The notes: generated by a model from the sequence alone, not told the origin. A DNA stretch of 64,000 bases from Paracoccaceae bacterium (GCA_022824005.1 JAJEBG010000051.1:5143-69142); one strand, 5' to 3'. Counted from the stretch's first letter, positions 1-10,727 are shown. Program-made: numbers and translations.

Positions 1-562
1 TGCGCATATCGGTGACCAGCTGATGGTAACCGAATGACGAGCCCCGTTCACAAAGGAGAATGCGCTCATTTCCCGTGGATGCCACTTTCTTGGCGACCTC
101 GGCCATATCATGCGGGGCCAAGAACTGGCCCTTCTTTATATTTATGGCCGAGCCGGTTTGGCCAGCCGCGATGAGCAGATCTGTTTGCCGACACAGAAAG
201 GCCGGAATTTGCAAAATGTCGACCACTTCGGCGGCTTCATCGCAGTGGCCGGGATCGTGAATGTCGGTCAAAGTGGGACAACCCACAACGCGGCCGACAT
301 CTTCGAGAATCGCCAAACCTTTGTCAAAGCCAACCCCTCTTTTCCCTTCGAGTGATGTCCGATTGGCCTTGTCGAAAGATGACTTAAACACAAATTGTTG
401 AACGCCCGCACTCTCCGCTATGGCTTTGAGCCGGCTCGCCATCTCGAGCGCATGATCTCTCGTTTCGATTTGGCAAGGCCCCGAGATGAGAGTGAAGGGG
501 CGTCGCCCCGATATGACGGCATCTTTTACCCTGACATCTTTATTTTCTTGATCGTTGACCAT
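1..562 (-). CDS. kdsA: 2-dehydro-3-deoxyphosphooctonate aldolase (KDO8P synthase). The 3' end runs off the window.
   Basis: Not in the ORF track because no stop lies in the window. My reverse-complement translation from ATG at 562-560 gives MVNDQENKDVRVKDAVISGRRPFTLISGPCQIE...FKSSFDKANRTS...QIPAFLCRQTDLL...NIKKGQFLAP, which are typical KdsA motifs. Confidence 0.85.
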   Translation of the reverse strand, partial: MVNDQENKDVRVKDAVISGRRPFTLISGPCQIETRDHALEMASRLKAIAESAGVQQFVFKSSFDKANRTSLEGKRGVGFDKGLAILEDVGRVVGCPTLTDIHDPGHCDEAAEVVDILQIPAFLCRQTDLLIAAGQTGSAINIKKGQFLAPHDMAEVAKKVASTGNERILLCERGSSFGYHQLVTDMR

Positions 563-801
563 TCGGAGTATTCTCACCTTTCGTGACCAAAACTCTTAAA
601 CAAAGCCACCGTTTCAGGCAACAAATCTATGCGATTGAGCCATGATTCGTCTTGATCGCCGGGCATGAACGCGTCACGATTCAAGGTTTTTGTGATCAAC
701 AGGAGCCGTCTCACCCTCTTTTTTGAATCTCAATGGCGAGCGGTCATCTTCTTTATTCGAGGTAGCCGACTCGTGCGGCCACTTTGGAATCGCGTCGTTA
801 T

Positions 802-2103
802 TCAGGGGATTTTTTTGATTGGAAAAAAGCGTGCCACGCCCAAGGCAATCGCGGCCGAAGCCAAACTGAACAATGCACCCATTTTGGCCGCATCCTGAAT
901 TGGGCCCACTTCAAACGCGACCGAGGCGACAAACAGGGAGACGGTGAAGCCAATCGCGGCTATAAAGCCGACGATCAAAATATCTGCGGTGGTCATGCCC
1001 TGCGGCATTCCAAACTTCAACGGATAAGCGGCGAGCCAACCAAAGAGCAAGATTCCAACCGGCTTTCCGACGACGAGACCCGCCAATACGAAAAAGGTGG
1101 GAAGCCCAATGGCTGACAATAAAACGCCAGCATTGGCGAGGCCGAAAAAAAACAGAATGATTTCAACGGGAGCACCGAGCCGATGTTCAATATCATTGAG
1201 TAGATCAGTGCGATACTTTTCGTTATCGGAAAATAGACCAAAATCCCGATCGGCGTGTGGAATAGCAACAACCACCGGAACCAAACTGAGCGCCGGATGA
1301 ATGCCCGATTCCTGAAAGGCAAAATAAGAGACGATACCGGCCAACAAATAAGGCCAAAACGATAAGGTTTTTCGAGCAAAAGTAGCGGCGGGGCGGTGAG
1401 ATTTGTGGCGATCAAGCCATAGAGGGAGCCAATTGAATATCACATAAACACTGCCGACCGCGGCGATCGAAAGCAGCAGCCACTGGGGAGCCAAGTCACC
1501 AGTCGGATAGAAAATGGCCAAGATGAGAAGTCCGGCGGCGTCATCGGCGATGGCGACGAGAAGAAGAAATTTGACAGCCGGATGTCCCTTGCCAAAGATG
1601 ATACGACCCACCAGGTAAGAGAATGCGATATCGGTCGCGGTGGGGACGGCCCAACCATTGGCTACCGCGGAATAGGTTTCCGAGCCGAAAAGCGATGCTA
1701 AGCCGAGATAGACGATGATAGGAGCGATCATTCCCCCACCGGCCGCGAGGAGTGGAGTCATCGCCTTTTTGCCCCGTAGCGAACCATTCTTAAGCCAGAG
1801 GGCTTCCCACACCTCTTTGCCCGCCACAGCAAAGAAGAACGCCATCAAAATGTCATTGACCAAATAGTGAAAGGAGAGTTTGTAAGTGACATCACCTGAC
1901 GCACTCACCTTCTTGTAACCGACAAACGAGTTTTCCCAAAGAACGCCATCAATAATTTGGATGTAAGTCGTTGGCGATAGGTTGCACCATATCAATGCGA
2001 TGATCGCCCCGGACAATAAAAGGAGCGAAAATTCTGATACAGTGGTCCAAATTTTGGTCATCAGCGAATTAACTTGTGAGAAAAGACCGGCATCGGATAC
2101 CAA
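802..2103 (-). CDS. nhaA: Na+/H+ antiporter NhaA
   Basis: 433-aa polytopic membrane ORF with the NhaA-like segment LLVAIADDAAGLLILAIFY. The first codon at 2103 is TTG. The first ATG is at 2061 (MTKIW...), and neither has a clear SD, so the start is uncertain. Confidence 0.8.
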   Translation of the reverse strand: MVSDAGLFSQVNSLMTKIWTTVSEFSLLLLSGAIIALIWCNLSPTTYIQIIDGVLWENSFVGYKKVSASGDVTYKLSFHYLVNDILMAFFFAVAGKEVWEALWLKNGSLRGKKAMTPLLAAGGGMIAPIIVYLGLASLFGSETYSAVANGWAVPTATDIAFSYLVGRIIFGKGHPAVKFLLLVAIADDAAGLLILAIFYPTGDLAPQWLLLSIAAVGSVYVIFNWLPLWLDRHKSHRPAATFARKTLSFWPYLLAGIVSYFAFQESGIHPALSLVPVVVAIPHADRDFGLFSDNEKYRTDLLNDIEHRLGAPVEIILFFFGLANAGVLLSAIGLPTFFVLAGLVVGKPVGILLFGWLAAYPLKFGMPQGMTTADILIVGFIAAIGFTVSLFVASVAFEVGPIQDAAKMGALFSLASAAIALGVARFFPIKKIP

Positions 2104-2169
2104 TCTTTTTCGGAGGTGGCAAGAGTGAGCACAGAAGAAGGTCCCATAAAATCGAGGAATTGGGAAGGG

Positions 2170-3111
2170 TCAATAACCCAGCGTCCGATCAACTAAATTA
2201 AGAAAAGTCCGCCCCCTTTCGCCACGATTTATGTTCTCGCCAATCATCGACATCGCCGATTGAGCACGGGTATCGGCGGCAATATGTGGCGACACAGTCA
2301 CCGCATGATGATTCCAGAATGGATGATCTAGAGGAAGAGGTTCCTCGCGAAAGACATCGAGCGTGGCGTGTTTGAGATGACCGCTGTCAAGGGCGGCGAG
2401 GAGGGCTTTGTCGTCAATCAGAGCCCCTCGGCCTGAATTAATTAAAACAGAATTTTGACGAAATCTCGCCAAGAGGTCTGAATTCACAATATTTTCCGTT
2501 GCCGAGGTATGGGGCAGCAACAAGACAATGATTTCAGCGTCGGCAACGGTCGAATAGAGACCGTCTTGGCCATGACGGCATTCAATGCCGGCCATTTCTT
2601 TTGCTGTGCGACTCCAGCCGATCACGTTGAAATTCAGCGTCCTCAGTGACAAGGCACAGGGAGAGCCAAGGGCACCTAGACCCATGACCGCGACACACCG
2701 ATCGCGCGCGAGGGGTGGCATCAATTGCCTTTGACGCCAGACTCCGTCTTGCCCATCAAGCACTTCATCAAGGCCAAGATGATGGCGAAGCACGTGGCCG
2801 GTCACCCATTCAGTCATTCCCTCTTGCATTCCCGATTCAACCATTCGCACGATAGGGCAAGGAACGGTTTGATTGCGCACGAGAGTTTCCACACCGGCCC
2901 AAAGACTGAGAATGGCCTTCAATTGCGTGAAAGGCGTGAAGTCGTGAATAGGACCATCGGGTGAATAGATGATATAATCTATGAGTGCCGGTGTGTCGGT
3001 TTCGATATGAATATCAGTTTCAATACTATGTGATGCGAGTTCATCCTTCAAAAGACGGCAATAGTTGGCAACATGCCGGGAATGCACGGAGAGCAACACT
3101 TGAACGGGCAT
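2170..3111 (-). CDS. D-isomer-specific 2-hydroxyacid dehydrogenase (glyoxylate/hydroxypyruvate reductase A-like)
   Basis: NAD-binding fingerprint VAVMGLGALGS and family-typical C-terminal half. Start chosen at MPVQVLL (ATG 3111) because AAAGGG lies 9 nt upstream and this avoids overlap with rodA. The ORF track extends to 3165. Confidence 0.75.
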   Translation of the reverse strand: MPVQVLLSVHSRHVANYCRLLKDELASHSIETDIHIETDTPALIDYIIYSPDGPIHDFTPFTQLKAILSLWAGVETLVRNQTVPCPIVRMVESGMQEGMTEWVTGHVLRHHLGLDEVLDGQDGVWRQRQLMPPLARDRCVAVMGLGALGSPCALSLRTLNFNVIGWSRTAKEMAGIECRHGQDGLYSTVADAEIIVLLLPHTSATENIVNSDLLARFRQNSVLINSGRGALIDDKALLAALDSGHLKHATLDVFREEPLPLDHPFWNHHAVTVSPHIAADTRAQSAMSMIGENINRGERGRTFLNLVDRTLGY

Positions 3112-3115
3112 CACA

Positions 3116-4258
3116 TTAACCCTTTCTAGAATGGACATTGACGCATTGGACGAGGCCAAATCCAAACATTATGACCATCAGCGATGAACCCCCATAGGAA
3201 ATTAAGGGGAGCGGCACGCCAACGACGGGAATCAATCCCGAAATCATGGCCACATTGGCCGCCACATTGAGAAATAACGTGCTCCCTACACCGAGCGCGA
3301 GCAACGAACCGAAGCGATTGTTGGACCGAAGAGCCGACATGGTGCAATAAAAAATGATGGCGGCGTAGAATCCGAGTAGAATGACGCACCAGATGAGGCC
3401 AAACTCTTCTGCCAATGTGGTGAAAACGAAGTCGGTGTGTTTTTCCGGTAAGAAGTTGAGTTGACTCTGAGTGCCTTGCAAGAATCCTCGTCCTTCCAGA
3501 CCGCCTGAACCTATGGCGATTTTTGATTGAGTGATGTGGTAACCCGTGCCAAAGGGATCAATCGATGGATTGAGAAAGGTATCAACGCGATTGAACTGAT
3601 AGTCGCTCAACATCTGCCATGATGTCCCTCGACTGATAAAGATGAGTGCCAAACTGATCACAAGAATCACCAACAATGCGCCAAAATAGGCGAGGTGGAT
3701 TCCTGAGAGAAACATCATGATACTGCCTCCCGTTACGATCAAAATGGCGGTGCCGAGATCGGGCTGCATGGCCACCAGAAGGGACGGGACGGCGACAATT
3801 AAAGCCGGTATCATGACATAAAGAAGGCGAGAGATATTTTTGTTGTCGAGATTTTGATAATAGGCGGCAAGAGCCATGACCAGTGCGAGTTTAACCATTT
3901 CAGAAGGTTGAATTCGCAGGGGGCCAAATTCCAACCACCGCTGCGCGCCCTTGACAGATACCCCGTAGATCAAGCTCAGTGCCAAGAGAATTATGGCAAA
4001 GAAAAAGATTGGCACCACACAAAAATACCAGAAGCGGAGAGGGATGAGGGCGACCACGAGCATCAGAGAAAAACCAGCGCATAAGCGATAAAATTGCGTG
4101 AGAGCCCAAGGCTCCATGGCCCCACCGGCGACTGAGTAGAGAGCAAGGACACCGATACCAGATAAGATCGCAACGAGTGCCAATAACGGCCAACTAAAAT
4201 TTGATATTTTTTGCGCCAGCCGGGGATTCACAGAATCGCTGATGAGGGACGTATTCAT
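3116..4258 (-). CDS. rodA: SEDS-family peptidoglycan glycosyltransferase RodA
   Basis: 380-aa polytopic FtsW/RodA-like ORF immediately downstream of mrdA, overlapping it by 4 nt, within the mreBCD-mrdA-rodA cluster. Confidence 0.93.
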   Translation of the reverse strand: MNTSLISDSVNPRLAQKISNFSWPLLALVAILSGIGVLALYSVAGGAMEPWALTQFYRLCAGFSLMLVVALIPLRFWYFCVVPIFFFAIILLALSLIYGVSVKGAQRWLEFGPLRIQPSEMVKLALVMALAAYYQNLDNKNISRLLYVMIPALIVAVPSLLVAMQPDLGTAILIVTGGSIMMFLSGIHLAYFGALLVILVISLALIFISRGTSWQMLSDYQFNRVDTFLNPSIDPFGTGYHITQSKIAIGSGGLEGRGFLQGTQSQLNFLPEKHTDFVFTTLAEEFGLIWCVILLGFYAAIIFYCTMSALRSNNRFGSLLALGVGSTLFLNVAANVAMISGLIPVVGVPLPLISYGGSSLMVIMFGFGLVQCVNVHSRKG

Positions 4259-6216
4259 GCTTTAAGCGAAACCGTTGGACGATTCTCTTGAGGAGTGATT
4301 TTCGGCGATAGAGGAAGATTTAGATTAAGAAAAATACGTTTGACTTCATCCCGTTCCTCAGGCGGGTACATGCGTAAACTTGGGACTCCACCGTAGTGTG
4401 CCCGCATCAAGAGGTCGCGGGCGATGGGGGCCGCCACAATTGACCCAGTGCCACCATTTTCGACAATGACGGCGGTGGCAAAAACAGGATTCCCAATGGG
4501 CGCGTAACAGCAAAACAAAGCATGGTCGCGCTGATTAAGGGGCAAGTCTTCATTGGAAATAAGTCCAGTTTCCCTCTCTCTTTGTGAGATGGTTCTAACT
4601 TGGCTCGTGCCTGTTTTGCCAGCGATGAGGAAAGATTCGTCAGCCGTTCGTGACCGAAACGCGGTTCCCGTCACGTGGTTGACCGCGGCGTTCATCCCGT
4701 TGCGAACAAGTTCAAGACTCGATTCTGAAATTCCAATGGATGAAAACGGCCGAAAGGATGCCTGTTTGCCGTTTTCTGATAGCACTAATCGTGGCTGAAC
4801 ATTGAGGCCGGAAGCCAACCTAGCCGTCATGATCGTCAACTGAAGAGCGGTCGCCAACACGTCTCCTTGGCCAATACTGGTATTGAGCATATCGCCAATA
4901 CTCCAAGGCCGGTTATGAATTTCCAACTTGCTCTCTCGTGTCGGAAAATATCCCTTTTCAATACCCGCCATGGGAAGTTCAGGTCTGACGCCTAGACCAA
5001 ATCGACGCGCCACCGCGGCAAGTTTTTCGAGTGGAACCCTTTCAGCGAGATTGTAGTAGTAAACATCACAAGATTCGCGCAGACTCGAGTGAAGGTCGAT
5101 ATTGCCATGTCCACCGAACTTCCAGCAATGGAAGTTCCTGCCGCTGATGTCAATTGACCCCTGACAATTCACTTCTTCGTCGGGGGCAATCAAACCTTCT
5201 TCAAGCGCCGCGAGGGCGGTGATCATTTTGAACGTTGAGCCGGGAGGGTAGGTGCCTTGAATCGAACGGTTAAACATCGGTTTGCCTTGATCATTGCGAA
5301 TCTGGTCAAATTCAACTTGTGTAATACCCGATACGAAGGGGTTGGGGTCGAAGGCGGGAGTGGACGCAAGGGAGATGACATCACCCGTTTTGATATTCAT
5401 GACGACGGCTGAGGCGCGATGATCACCGAGACGTGCCATGGCAAATTGTTGTTGGGAGCTGTCGATTGTCAGTTGCTGGTTCGTTCCATGTTGCGCACCT
5501 ATGCTGCCCAATTCCCGCATCACTCGACCGTATGCATTGACTTCAATTCGTTGATTGCCGGCGCGGCCTCTCAGTACGTGATCGAGACTTTTTTCAATAC
5601 CGGACCGTCCAACTCGGAAGTCAGGGACTTGAAGCAACGGGTCACGAACTTTTGGCGTGACCAAGTCTTCTGAACTGACTTTTCCCACATAACCAATCAC
5701 ATGCACCGCATTTGATCCCATGGGATAGTGGCGTCGTTCTCCAACCTCAGCTCTCACGCCCGGTAGAGCAGGCGCATTTGCCGAGACACGGGCAATTTGC
5801 TCCCAACTCGCTTCCTCAACGATAACCACAGGGACATCCTGTCGGCTGTCATGGATTTTTTCGAGCGCCGCTAATTTCTGCTTCGGCGTGAGAGGCAAGA
5901 TTTGTCCGAGTTGATCAATGGTAAGGTTAGGGTCGTTCGTTTCTTCTTGAACCAATATGATTCTGAAGAGTTTTTGATTCTCGGCGAGCAAAGTGCCGTT
6001 GCGGTCATAAATCAAACCGCGTTCTGGGATAATGACTCTCAAATTGATCCGATTCAGATCGGCCAATCCCGCCAACTTTTCTGATTCTGTGACCTGCAGG
6101 TAGCGAAGTCTCCCAATAATCACCGAAAATATGGTGCCTTGAGCGATGCCCAAGACCAAGGCCCTGCGGTTCAATTGGTGACGTCCGAATTTATCTTCTG
6201 GTAACCAAGTATACAT
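4255..6216 (-). CDS. mrdA: Penicillin-binding protein 2 (elongasome transpeptidase)
   Basis: 653 aa with an N-terminal anchor and the active-site motif GSTFK (PPGSTFKMITALAALEEG). Lies between mreD and rodA. Confidence 0.95.
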   Translation of the reverse strand: MYTWLPEDKFGRHQLNRRALVLGIAQGTIFSVIIGRLRYLQVTESEKLAGLADLNRINLRVIIPERGLIYDRNGTLLAENQKLFRIILVQEETNDPNLTIDQLGQILPLTPKQKLAALEKIHDSRQDVPVVIVEEASWEQIARVSANAPALPGVRAEVGERRHYPMGSNAVHVIGYVGKVSSEDLVTPKVRDPLLQVPDFRVGRSGIEKSLDHVLRGRAGNQRIEVNAYGRVMRELGSIGAQHGTNQQLTIDSSQQQFAMARLGDHRASAVVMNIKTGDVISLASTPAFDPNPFVSGITQVEFDQIRNDQGKPMFNRSIQGTYPPGSTFKMITALAALEEGLIAPDEEVNCQGSIDISGRNFHCWKFGGHGNIDLHSSLRESCDVYYYNLAERVPLEKLAAVARRFGLGVRPELPMAGIEKGYFPTRESKLEIHNRPWSIGDMLNTSIGQGDVLATALQLTIMTARLASGLNVQPRLVLSENGKQASFRPFSSIGISESSLELVRNGMNAAVNHVTGTAFRSRTADESFLIAGKTGTSQVRTISQRERETGLISNEDLPLNQRDHALFCCYAPIGNPVFATAVIVENGGTGSIVAAPIARDLLMRAHYGGVPSLRMYPPEERDEVKRIFLNLNLPLSPKITPQENRPTVSLKA

Positions 6217-6764
6217 TAAATTTTACGCTCATTTGCTTTTGTGTGAAATAAGATGACCTCTTTAAGGCTAGGTTTGGTCACCCGAAAGACGAAGGTGGTG
6301 ACCAGCACCACCATTGGATAACAGAGGGCAGTCATCGCGGAATGCAAAACTATGGCGCGCAGCGGTGCGGCCGGCAGGAAAATGATGTTAAGAATAACAT
6401 GATAGCTGAGCTGGGCGATAGCAAAAAAGAATGCGGCGACACCCCATTCCAGCCAGAATGGAAGCCGACTTATCCGTTCCGAGTTGAGGCGAAAATATTC
6501 GCACAAGAGGAGCATGATGGCGCTCCAAAGCCCGGGTGAATTGAGAATCAGAAGTTCACAAAGCAGTGTGGCGGAAATGACAGTAAACGATAGGACATAT
6601 CTGGGCCGTCGAATGAGCCAGCAAATTGCCAAACAGTAGATCAAATCAGGCGATGGAATGATTTCGGGGAGGAGTGAGACGGGTGCCGCGATGCTGGCCA
6701 CGATGAAGAAAAGGGCAAGAGCAAAAAGCAAACGAAATCGCCAATCTTTAGCCGTTTTTTCCAC
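6216..6764 (-). CDS. mreD: Rod shape-determining protein MreD
   Basis: 182-aa hydrophobic ORF between mreC and mrdA. Its stop overlaps the mrdA start. Confidence 0.8.
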   Translation of the reverse strand: MEKTAKDWRFRLLFALALFFIVASIAAPVSLLPEIIPSPDLIYCLAICWLIRRPRYVLSFTVISATLLCELLILNSPGLWSAIMLLLCEYFRLNSERISRLPFWLEWGVAAFFFAIAQLSYHVILNIIFLPAAPLRAIVLHSAMTALCYPMVVLVTTFVFRVTKPSLKEVILFHTKANERKI

Positions 6765-6770
6765 CCGATC

Positions 6771-7661
6771 TTAAGGCTCCTTAGGACCTTGTATAGAGGT
6801 GGATACAATTCCACCGTCTGCGGCGGGCGGGGCCTCTCGTTCATCCGGTTGACGAAGCGTCACATAGTCAAGTTTCAACACATCGGCCTGCAGACGGACA
6901 CGGGGTATTTGGTCTTGTCCGATAACCAAATTTCCAATCAAAATGTCGGGGGGAAAGACTCCACCGTCACCAGAAGTGACAACCCTATTGCCCGGAATAA
7001 GACTCGCCGCCGAGGCAAATTTCAGTTGAGGTTGCCCTGTTCCATCGCCAATTGTGATGCCCCGCGAATTTTGTCCGACTATTTTGACGGGGACCTGGCT
7101 GCTAGGATCAATAAGCAAGACAACGCGCGCCGTTTTGCGGGCCACTCCCGAAATTCGACCCGCCAAAGCATTGCCGTCCATGACCGCCCATCCGTCGCTG
7201 ATTCCATTCTCTGAGCCGACATCTAAGAGGGCCGAGAACCGGAACTGGGAATTCGTATCGGCGATGACTTGGGCCGAGACCACGAACGAAGTGACGTTTT
7301 TTGAGGTGTTGAGTATATCTCGCAGGCGAGCGTTCTCTTGTTCAAGAATTCGTGCTCGCTCCCGCCACACAGTCAATTGGGCCGTCTCTTTTTGCAATTC
7401 CTCTATTCGCTCGGCCAATGACAAATGTGTGCCGATAAATGTGCCGACATCAGCAGCATAAGTGAGCGGTTTTCCACCCCATTCAATAACCGGCATGATT
7501 GATCCAATGATTGTGGCGCGCACTCGCTCCATTCGCTCATTCTGAACCTGCCAAACAATAAAGAGTGACACCAACCCGAAGATGGCCAACCCAAAGAAAA
7601 TGCGCCGAACTTGGACGATCAACTTTTGCTGTTCTGAGAATGTCTCCGATCGACCATCCAT
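6771..7661 (-). CDS. mreC: Rod shape-determining protein MreC
   Basis: 296 aa with an N-terminal TM segment, a coiled-coil region (LQKETAQLTVWRERARILEQENARLRD) and a Pro-rich tail. Position is directly after mreB. Confidence 0.9.
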   Translation of the reverse strand: MDGRSETFSEQQKLIVQVRRIFFGLAIFGLVSLFIVWQVQNERMERVRATIIGSIMPVIEWGGKPLTYAADVGTFIGTHLSLAERIEELQKETAQLTVWRERARILEQENARLRDILNTSKNVTSFVVSAQVIADTNSQFRFSALLDVGSENGISDGWAVMDGNALAGRISGVARKTARVVLLIDPSSQVPVKIVGQNSRGITIGDGTGQPQLKFASAASLIPGNRVVTSGDGGVFPPDILIGNLVIGQDQIPRVRLQADVLKLDYVTLRQPDEREAPPAADGGIVSTSIQGPKEP

Positions 7662-7686
7662 TGTCTTGGGATGTCCTTAATGAAAT

Positions 7687-8739
7687 TCAACTCGTGTAAT
7701 CAATGATGTGTGAGAGCTCAATTCCAAGATCAAGCGCTTGTCCAGTCCCGGCCGCGACACAGCGAAGCGGGTCATCGGCGGTGACGACTGGGAGGTTGAC
7801 ACGTTTACGGATCACGGTGTCCAGTTCCTGGATTTTTGCGCCGCCACCTGTCAACACAATTCCAGTTGAGGAAATATCATTCGATATCTCGGGCGGGGTC
7901 TGCTGTACGACAGCCGCAACGGCTCTTGCGATGTCTGTGATAGCGGCCGATAATGCCTTTGCGACGTGAAATTGATTCAGTTCCACTTCGGCGGGAGTTC
8001 CTTGCAGTTTGGCCAACCCCCGGACATTCAAACTCTCACCCTCTCCGTCTTTCGGTGGCATGGCAGTACCGAGCACATTTTTAATCTGTTCTGCGGTGTG
8101 CGTGCCAATGGTCAACTCATGCTCTTCACGCATGTAGTCAATAATGGCTTGATCCATGGTGTCACCAGCACAATTGATTGATTTGGCATTGATGATTCCA
8201 CCCGCCGAAATGGCCGCAATATCCGTCGTGCCACCACCGATATCGACGACCATGCTCCCATTCGACTCATTGATACAGATGCCTGAACCGATGGCCGCAG
8301 CGATTGGTTCAGAAATCAGTCCCACCCGGCTCGCGCCGGCGGAGAGAACAGACTCGCGAATGGTACGTCTCTCAACCGTTGTGGAGCCAAATGGAACGCA
8401 CACAATGACACGGGGTTTTGTGAAAGTGAAAGGAGACGTCACTTGTCGAAAAAAGTGTTTGATCATCTCCTGCGCGACTTCAAAATCGGCAATCACACCG
8501 TCTCGCATGGGGCGTATGGCCTCAATTCGTCCGTGAGTGTGAATATTGGTTCGACCGAGGATAGGTTTGGCCTTCTCGCCGACAGCATAAACCATTTTCT
8601 TCCCATCTCTCACCTCGTAGGCGACAACGGACGGTTCTTCAATAACGATACCTTCACCTTTCACAAATACCAATGTATTTGCGGTCCCAAGGTCAATCGC
8701 AATATCAGACCGCCACATACCGGCGAGAAAGGATAGCAT
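7687..8739 (-). CDS. mreB: Rod shape-determining actin homologue MreB
   Basis: DIAIDLGTANTLVF and DIGGGTTDIA actin-fold motifs. Start set at MLSFLAGMW (8739), which matches typical MreB N-termini. The ORF track extends to 8772. Confidence 0.96.
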   Translation of the reverse strand: MLSFLAGMWRSDIAIDLGTANTLVFVKGEGIVIEEPSVVAYEVRDGKKMVYAVGEKAKPILGRTNIHTHGRIEAIRPMRDGVIADFEVAQEMIKHFFRQVTSPFTFTKPRVIVCVPFGSTTVERRTIRESVLSAGASRVGLISEPIAAAIGSGICINESNGSMVVDIGGGTTDIAAISAGGIINAKSINCAGDTMDQAIIDYMREEHELTIGTHTAEQIKNVLGTAMPPKDGEGESLNVRGLAKLQGTPAEVELNQFHVAKALSAAITDIARAVAAVVQQTPPEISNDISSTGIVLTGGGAKIQELDTVIRKRVNLPVVTADDPLRCVAAGTGQALDLGIELSHIIDYTS

Positions 8740-8899
8740 GACACACCAAAAGGTTTTTTGACTCTGCCCCAACGGCGTCCTGAGACGCCATTTTTCAACC
8801 CTATTGTCAGCAAAAGATGGGCAAGTAAAGGAAATTCCAAATTTAATCGACGAGAAGCGGTGCCTTCTTATTCAGTCAATGAATGACGGTGACCAAACC

Positions 8900-8919
8900 C
8901 TCGACGATTCAGCGTCGAG
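8900..8919 (-). terminator. Candidate leuA terminator hairpin (7-bp stem CTCGACG/CGTCGAG, 6-nt loop) with a weak U tract
   Basis: Perfect inverted repeat about 70 nt downstream of the leuA stop on the minus strand. It is followed by GGTTTGG, which is not a clean U run. Confidence 0.3.
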
Positions 8920-8990
8920 TCGCTGAAAATGTTTTAACGATGACTTATCTCCTAAGCTAAGGGAGAGCCAACCGAGCTCGCGGCGCCGGA

Positions 8991-10589
8991 TTAGACGGCA
9001 CGAAGGGAGCCGGATGGCTCGATATCTTCTGTATATTCAGCGGATTGTGGACATTTTTTTTGTCGTCGGATGGCCAGATTATTCAAGGCATTCACGTAAG
9101 CCAAGACGGAGGCTGTAATCGTGTCGGTATCGGAGGCTTGTCCCACCACAATATGGTCATTTTCGGACAAACGAATACTTGCTGTCGCTTGCGCGTCGGT
9201 ACCTTCAGTGACCGCGTTGACTTGGTAGCGGACGAGGCGAGCATGGTGGGGAAAAACCTGTTTGATGGCACTGAACGCCGCGTCAAGAGGCCCGTCTCCA
9301 TCTGCTCTCACCTCGTGTTCGATATCGCCCGCCATTAACTTGATCCGAGCCACCGATGTCTCGAGTGTGCCGCACGTGACCGACAGTGATTGTAGTTTAA
9401 GATAATCATTAGATTCATCTGTGGCGGTGGACTGCATCAGAGCAATCATGTCGTCTTCAAAGACTTCACGCTTTTTGTCAGCGAGTATTTTGTATTTGGC
9501 AAAGACGGCATTTAATCGATTGTCACCGATGGTGTAGCCCAACTCCGTCAATTTCTCTCGTAACGCGGCGCGACCCGAATGCTTTCCCATGATCAAAGAT
9601 GTTTTGGCAAGTCCCACGTCTTCAGGTCGCATAATTTCATAGGTTCCGGCATTCTTGATCATGCCATCTTGATGAATGCCGGCTTCGTGTGCGAAGGCAT
9701 TTTTTCCGACAATGGCCTTATTGTACTGAACTGGAAATTGCGTGGCTTCAGAGACGAGGCGCGAGACGTGAGTGAGTTTTGTGCTATTGATTCTGTTGGT
9801 GAACGGCAACACATCTTGGCGCACTTGCATCGCCATCACCACTTCCTCTAAAGCCGCATTCCCCGCTCGCTCGCCAAGGCCGTTGATGGTACACTCAATT
9901 TGCCGCGCCCCGGCCTTGACAGCGGCGAGGGAGTTTGCCACCGCCATACCCAAATCGTTATGACAATGAGTTGAGATAACCGCTTTACCAATCCCTGGTA
10001 CCCGCTCTCTCAACATGCGGATCAAGTCGGCGCATTCGGTTGGAATCCTATAGCCGACCGTGTCAGGAATATTGATCGTTGTCGCTCCTGCCTTTAGTGC
10101 GGTTTCGACAGCTCGACAAAGGAAGTCGTGATCACTGCGTGTGCCATCTTCAGGCGACCATTGAACATTGTCGGTAAATTTTCGGGCTCGTTTTACCGTC
10201 GCTTCAATCGCGTCCAGAACTTCGTCTGATCTCATTTTGAGCTTGTGCTTCATATGAATTGGCGAGGTGGCGATAAAGGTATGAATGCGGGGCCGATAGG
10301 CATTTTTTAGGGCTTCGCCGGCGCGGTCAACATCGGAGATGACGGCTCGAGCCAAACCACAAACCACCGCGTTTTTGACCACTGAAGCGACCTCGTGGAC
10401 GGCTTCAAAATCACCCGGTGACGCGTTGGGAAAACCCGCTTCAATAATGTCGACGCCCATGTCATCTAGTTGTCGAGAAATCTCAAGTTTGTGCTTCAAA
10501 GTCATGGTCGCGCCGGGAGATTGTTCACCGTCCCGCAACGTTGTATCAAAAATCAGGACCCGATCCTGATTTGACTGCTGATTTTTCAT
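8991..10589 (-). CDS. leuA: 2-isopropylmalate synthase
   Basis: 532 aa with the N-terminus [17 protein letters not shown], the [17 protein letters not shown] motif and a C-terminal LeuA regulatory domain. Confidence 0.96.
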   Translation of the reverse strand: MKNQQSNQDRVLIFDTTLRDGEQSPGATMTLKHKLEISRQLDDMGVDIIEAGFPNASPGDFEAVHEVASVVKNAVVCGLARAVISDVDRAGEALKNAYRPRIHTFIATSPIHMKHKLKMRSDEVLDAIEATVKRARKFTDNVQWSPEDGTRSDHDFLCRAVETALKAGATTINIPDTVGYRIPTECADLIRMLRERVPGIGKAVISTHCHNDLGMAVANSLAAVKAGARQIECTINGLGERAGNAALEEVVMAMQVRQDVLPFTNRINSTKLTHVSRLVSEATQFPVQYNKAIVGKNAFAHEAGIHQDGMIKNAGTYEIMRPEDVGLAKTSLIMGKHSGRAALREKLTELGYTIGDNRLNAVFAKYKILADKKREVFEDDMIALMQSTATDESNDYLKLQSLSVTCGTLETSVARIKLMAGDIEHEVRADGDGPLDAAFSAIKQVFPHHARLVRYQVNAVTEGTDAQATASIRLSENDHIVVGQASDTDTITASVLAYVNALNNLAIRRQKKCPQSAEYTEDIEPSGSLRAV

Positions 10590-10624
10590 GGTCTTTATCC
10601 ACTGTCGAAGTTTTTGAGAATGAG

Positions 10625-10727
10625 TTTGGTGCTAGCCTCTGAGCGGTCGCACCAAAACCTGGTACGCTCAGAGGCGCGTAAGGAGTCGTAGAGCCTGTCC
10701 AGACAGGGACAGACAGGCCAGTATCAT
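10625..10727 (-). promoter_or_regulatory. Candidate leuA leader: a 19-codon Leu-rich leader ORF (10727..10668) plus two interleaved helices
   Basis: The minus-strand ORF ATGATACTGGCC...CTCTGA encodes MILACLSLSGQALRLLTRL, with 7 Leu in 19 codons. Its stop lies inside the 5' arm of an 11-bp helix (10665-10675 with 10635-10645). An 8-bp helix (10649-10656 with 10625-10632) is interleaved with it. Confidence 0.45.

Noticed and set aside
574-666. 30-aa minus-strand ORF (MPGDQDESWLNRIDLLPETVALFKSFGHER) ending 12 nt upstream of kdsA.
   Set aside because: It is too short, has no recognisable family and has no clear SD. I could not distinguish it from chance or from a gene remnant.
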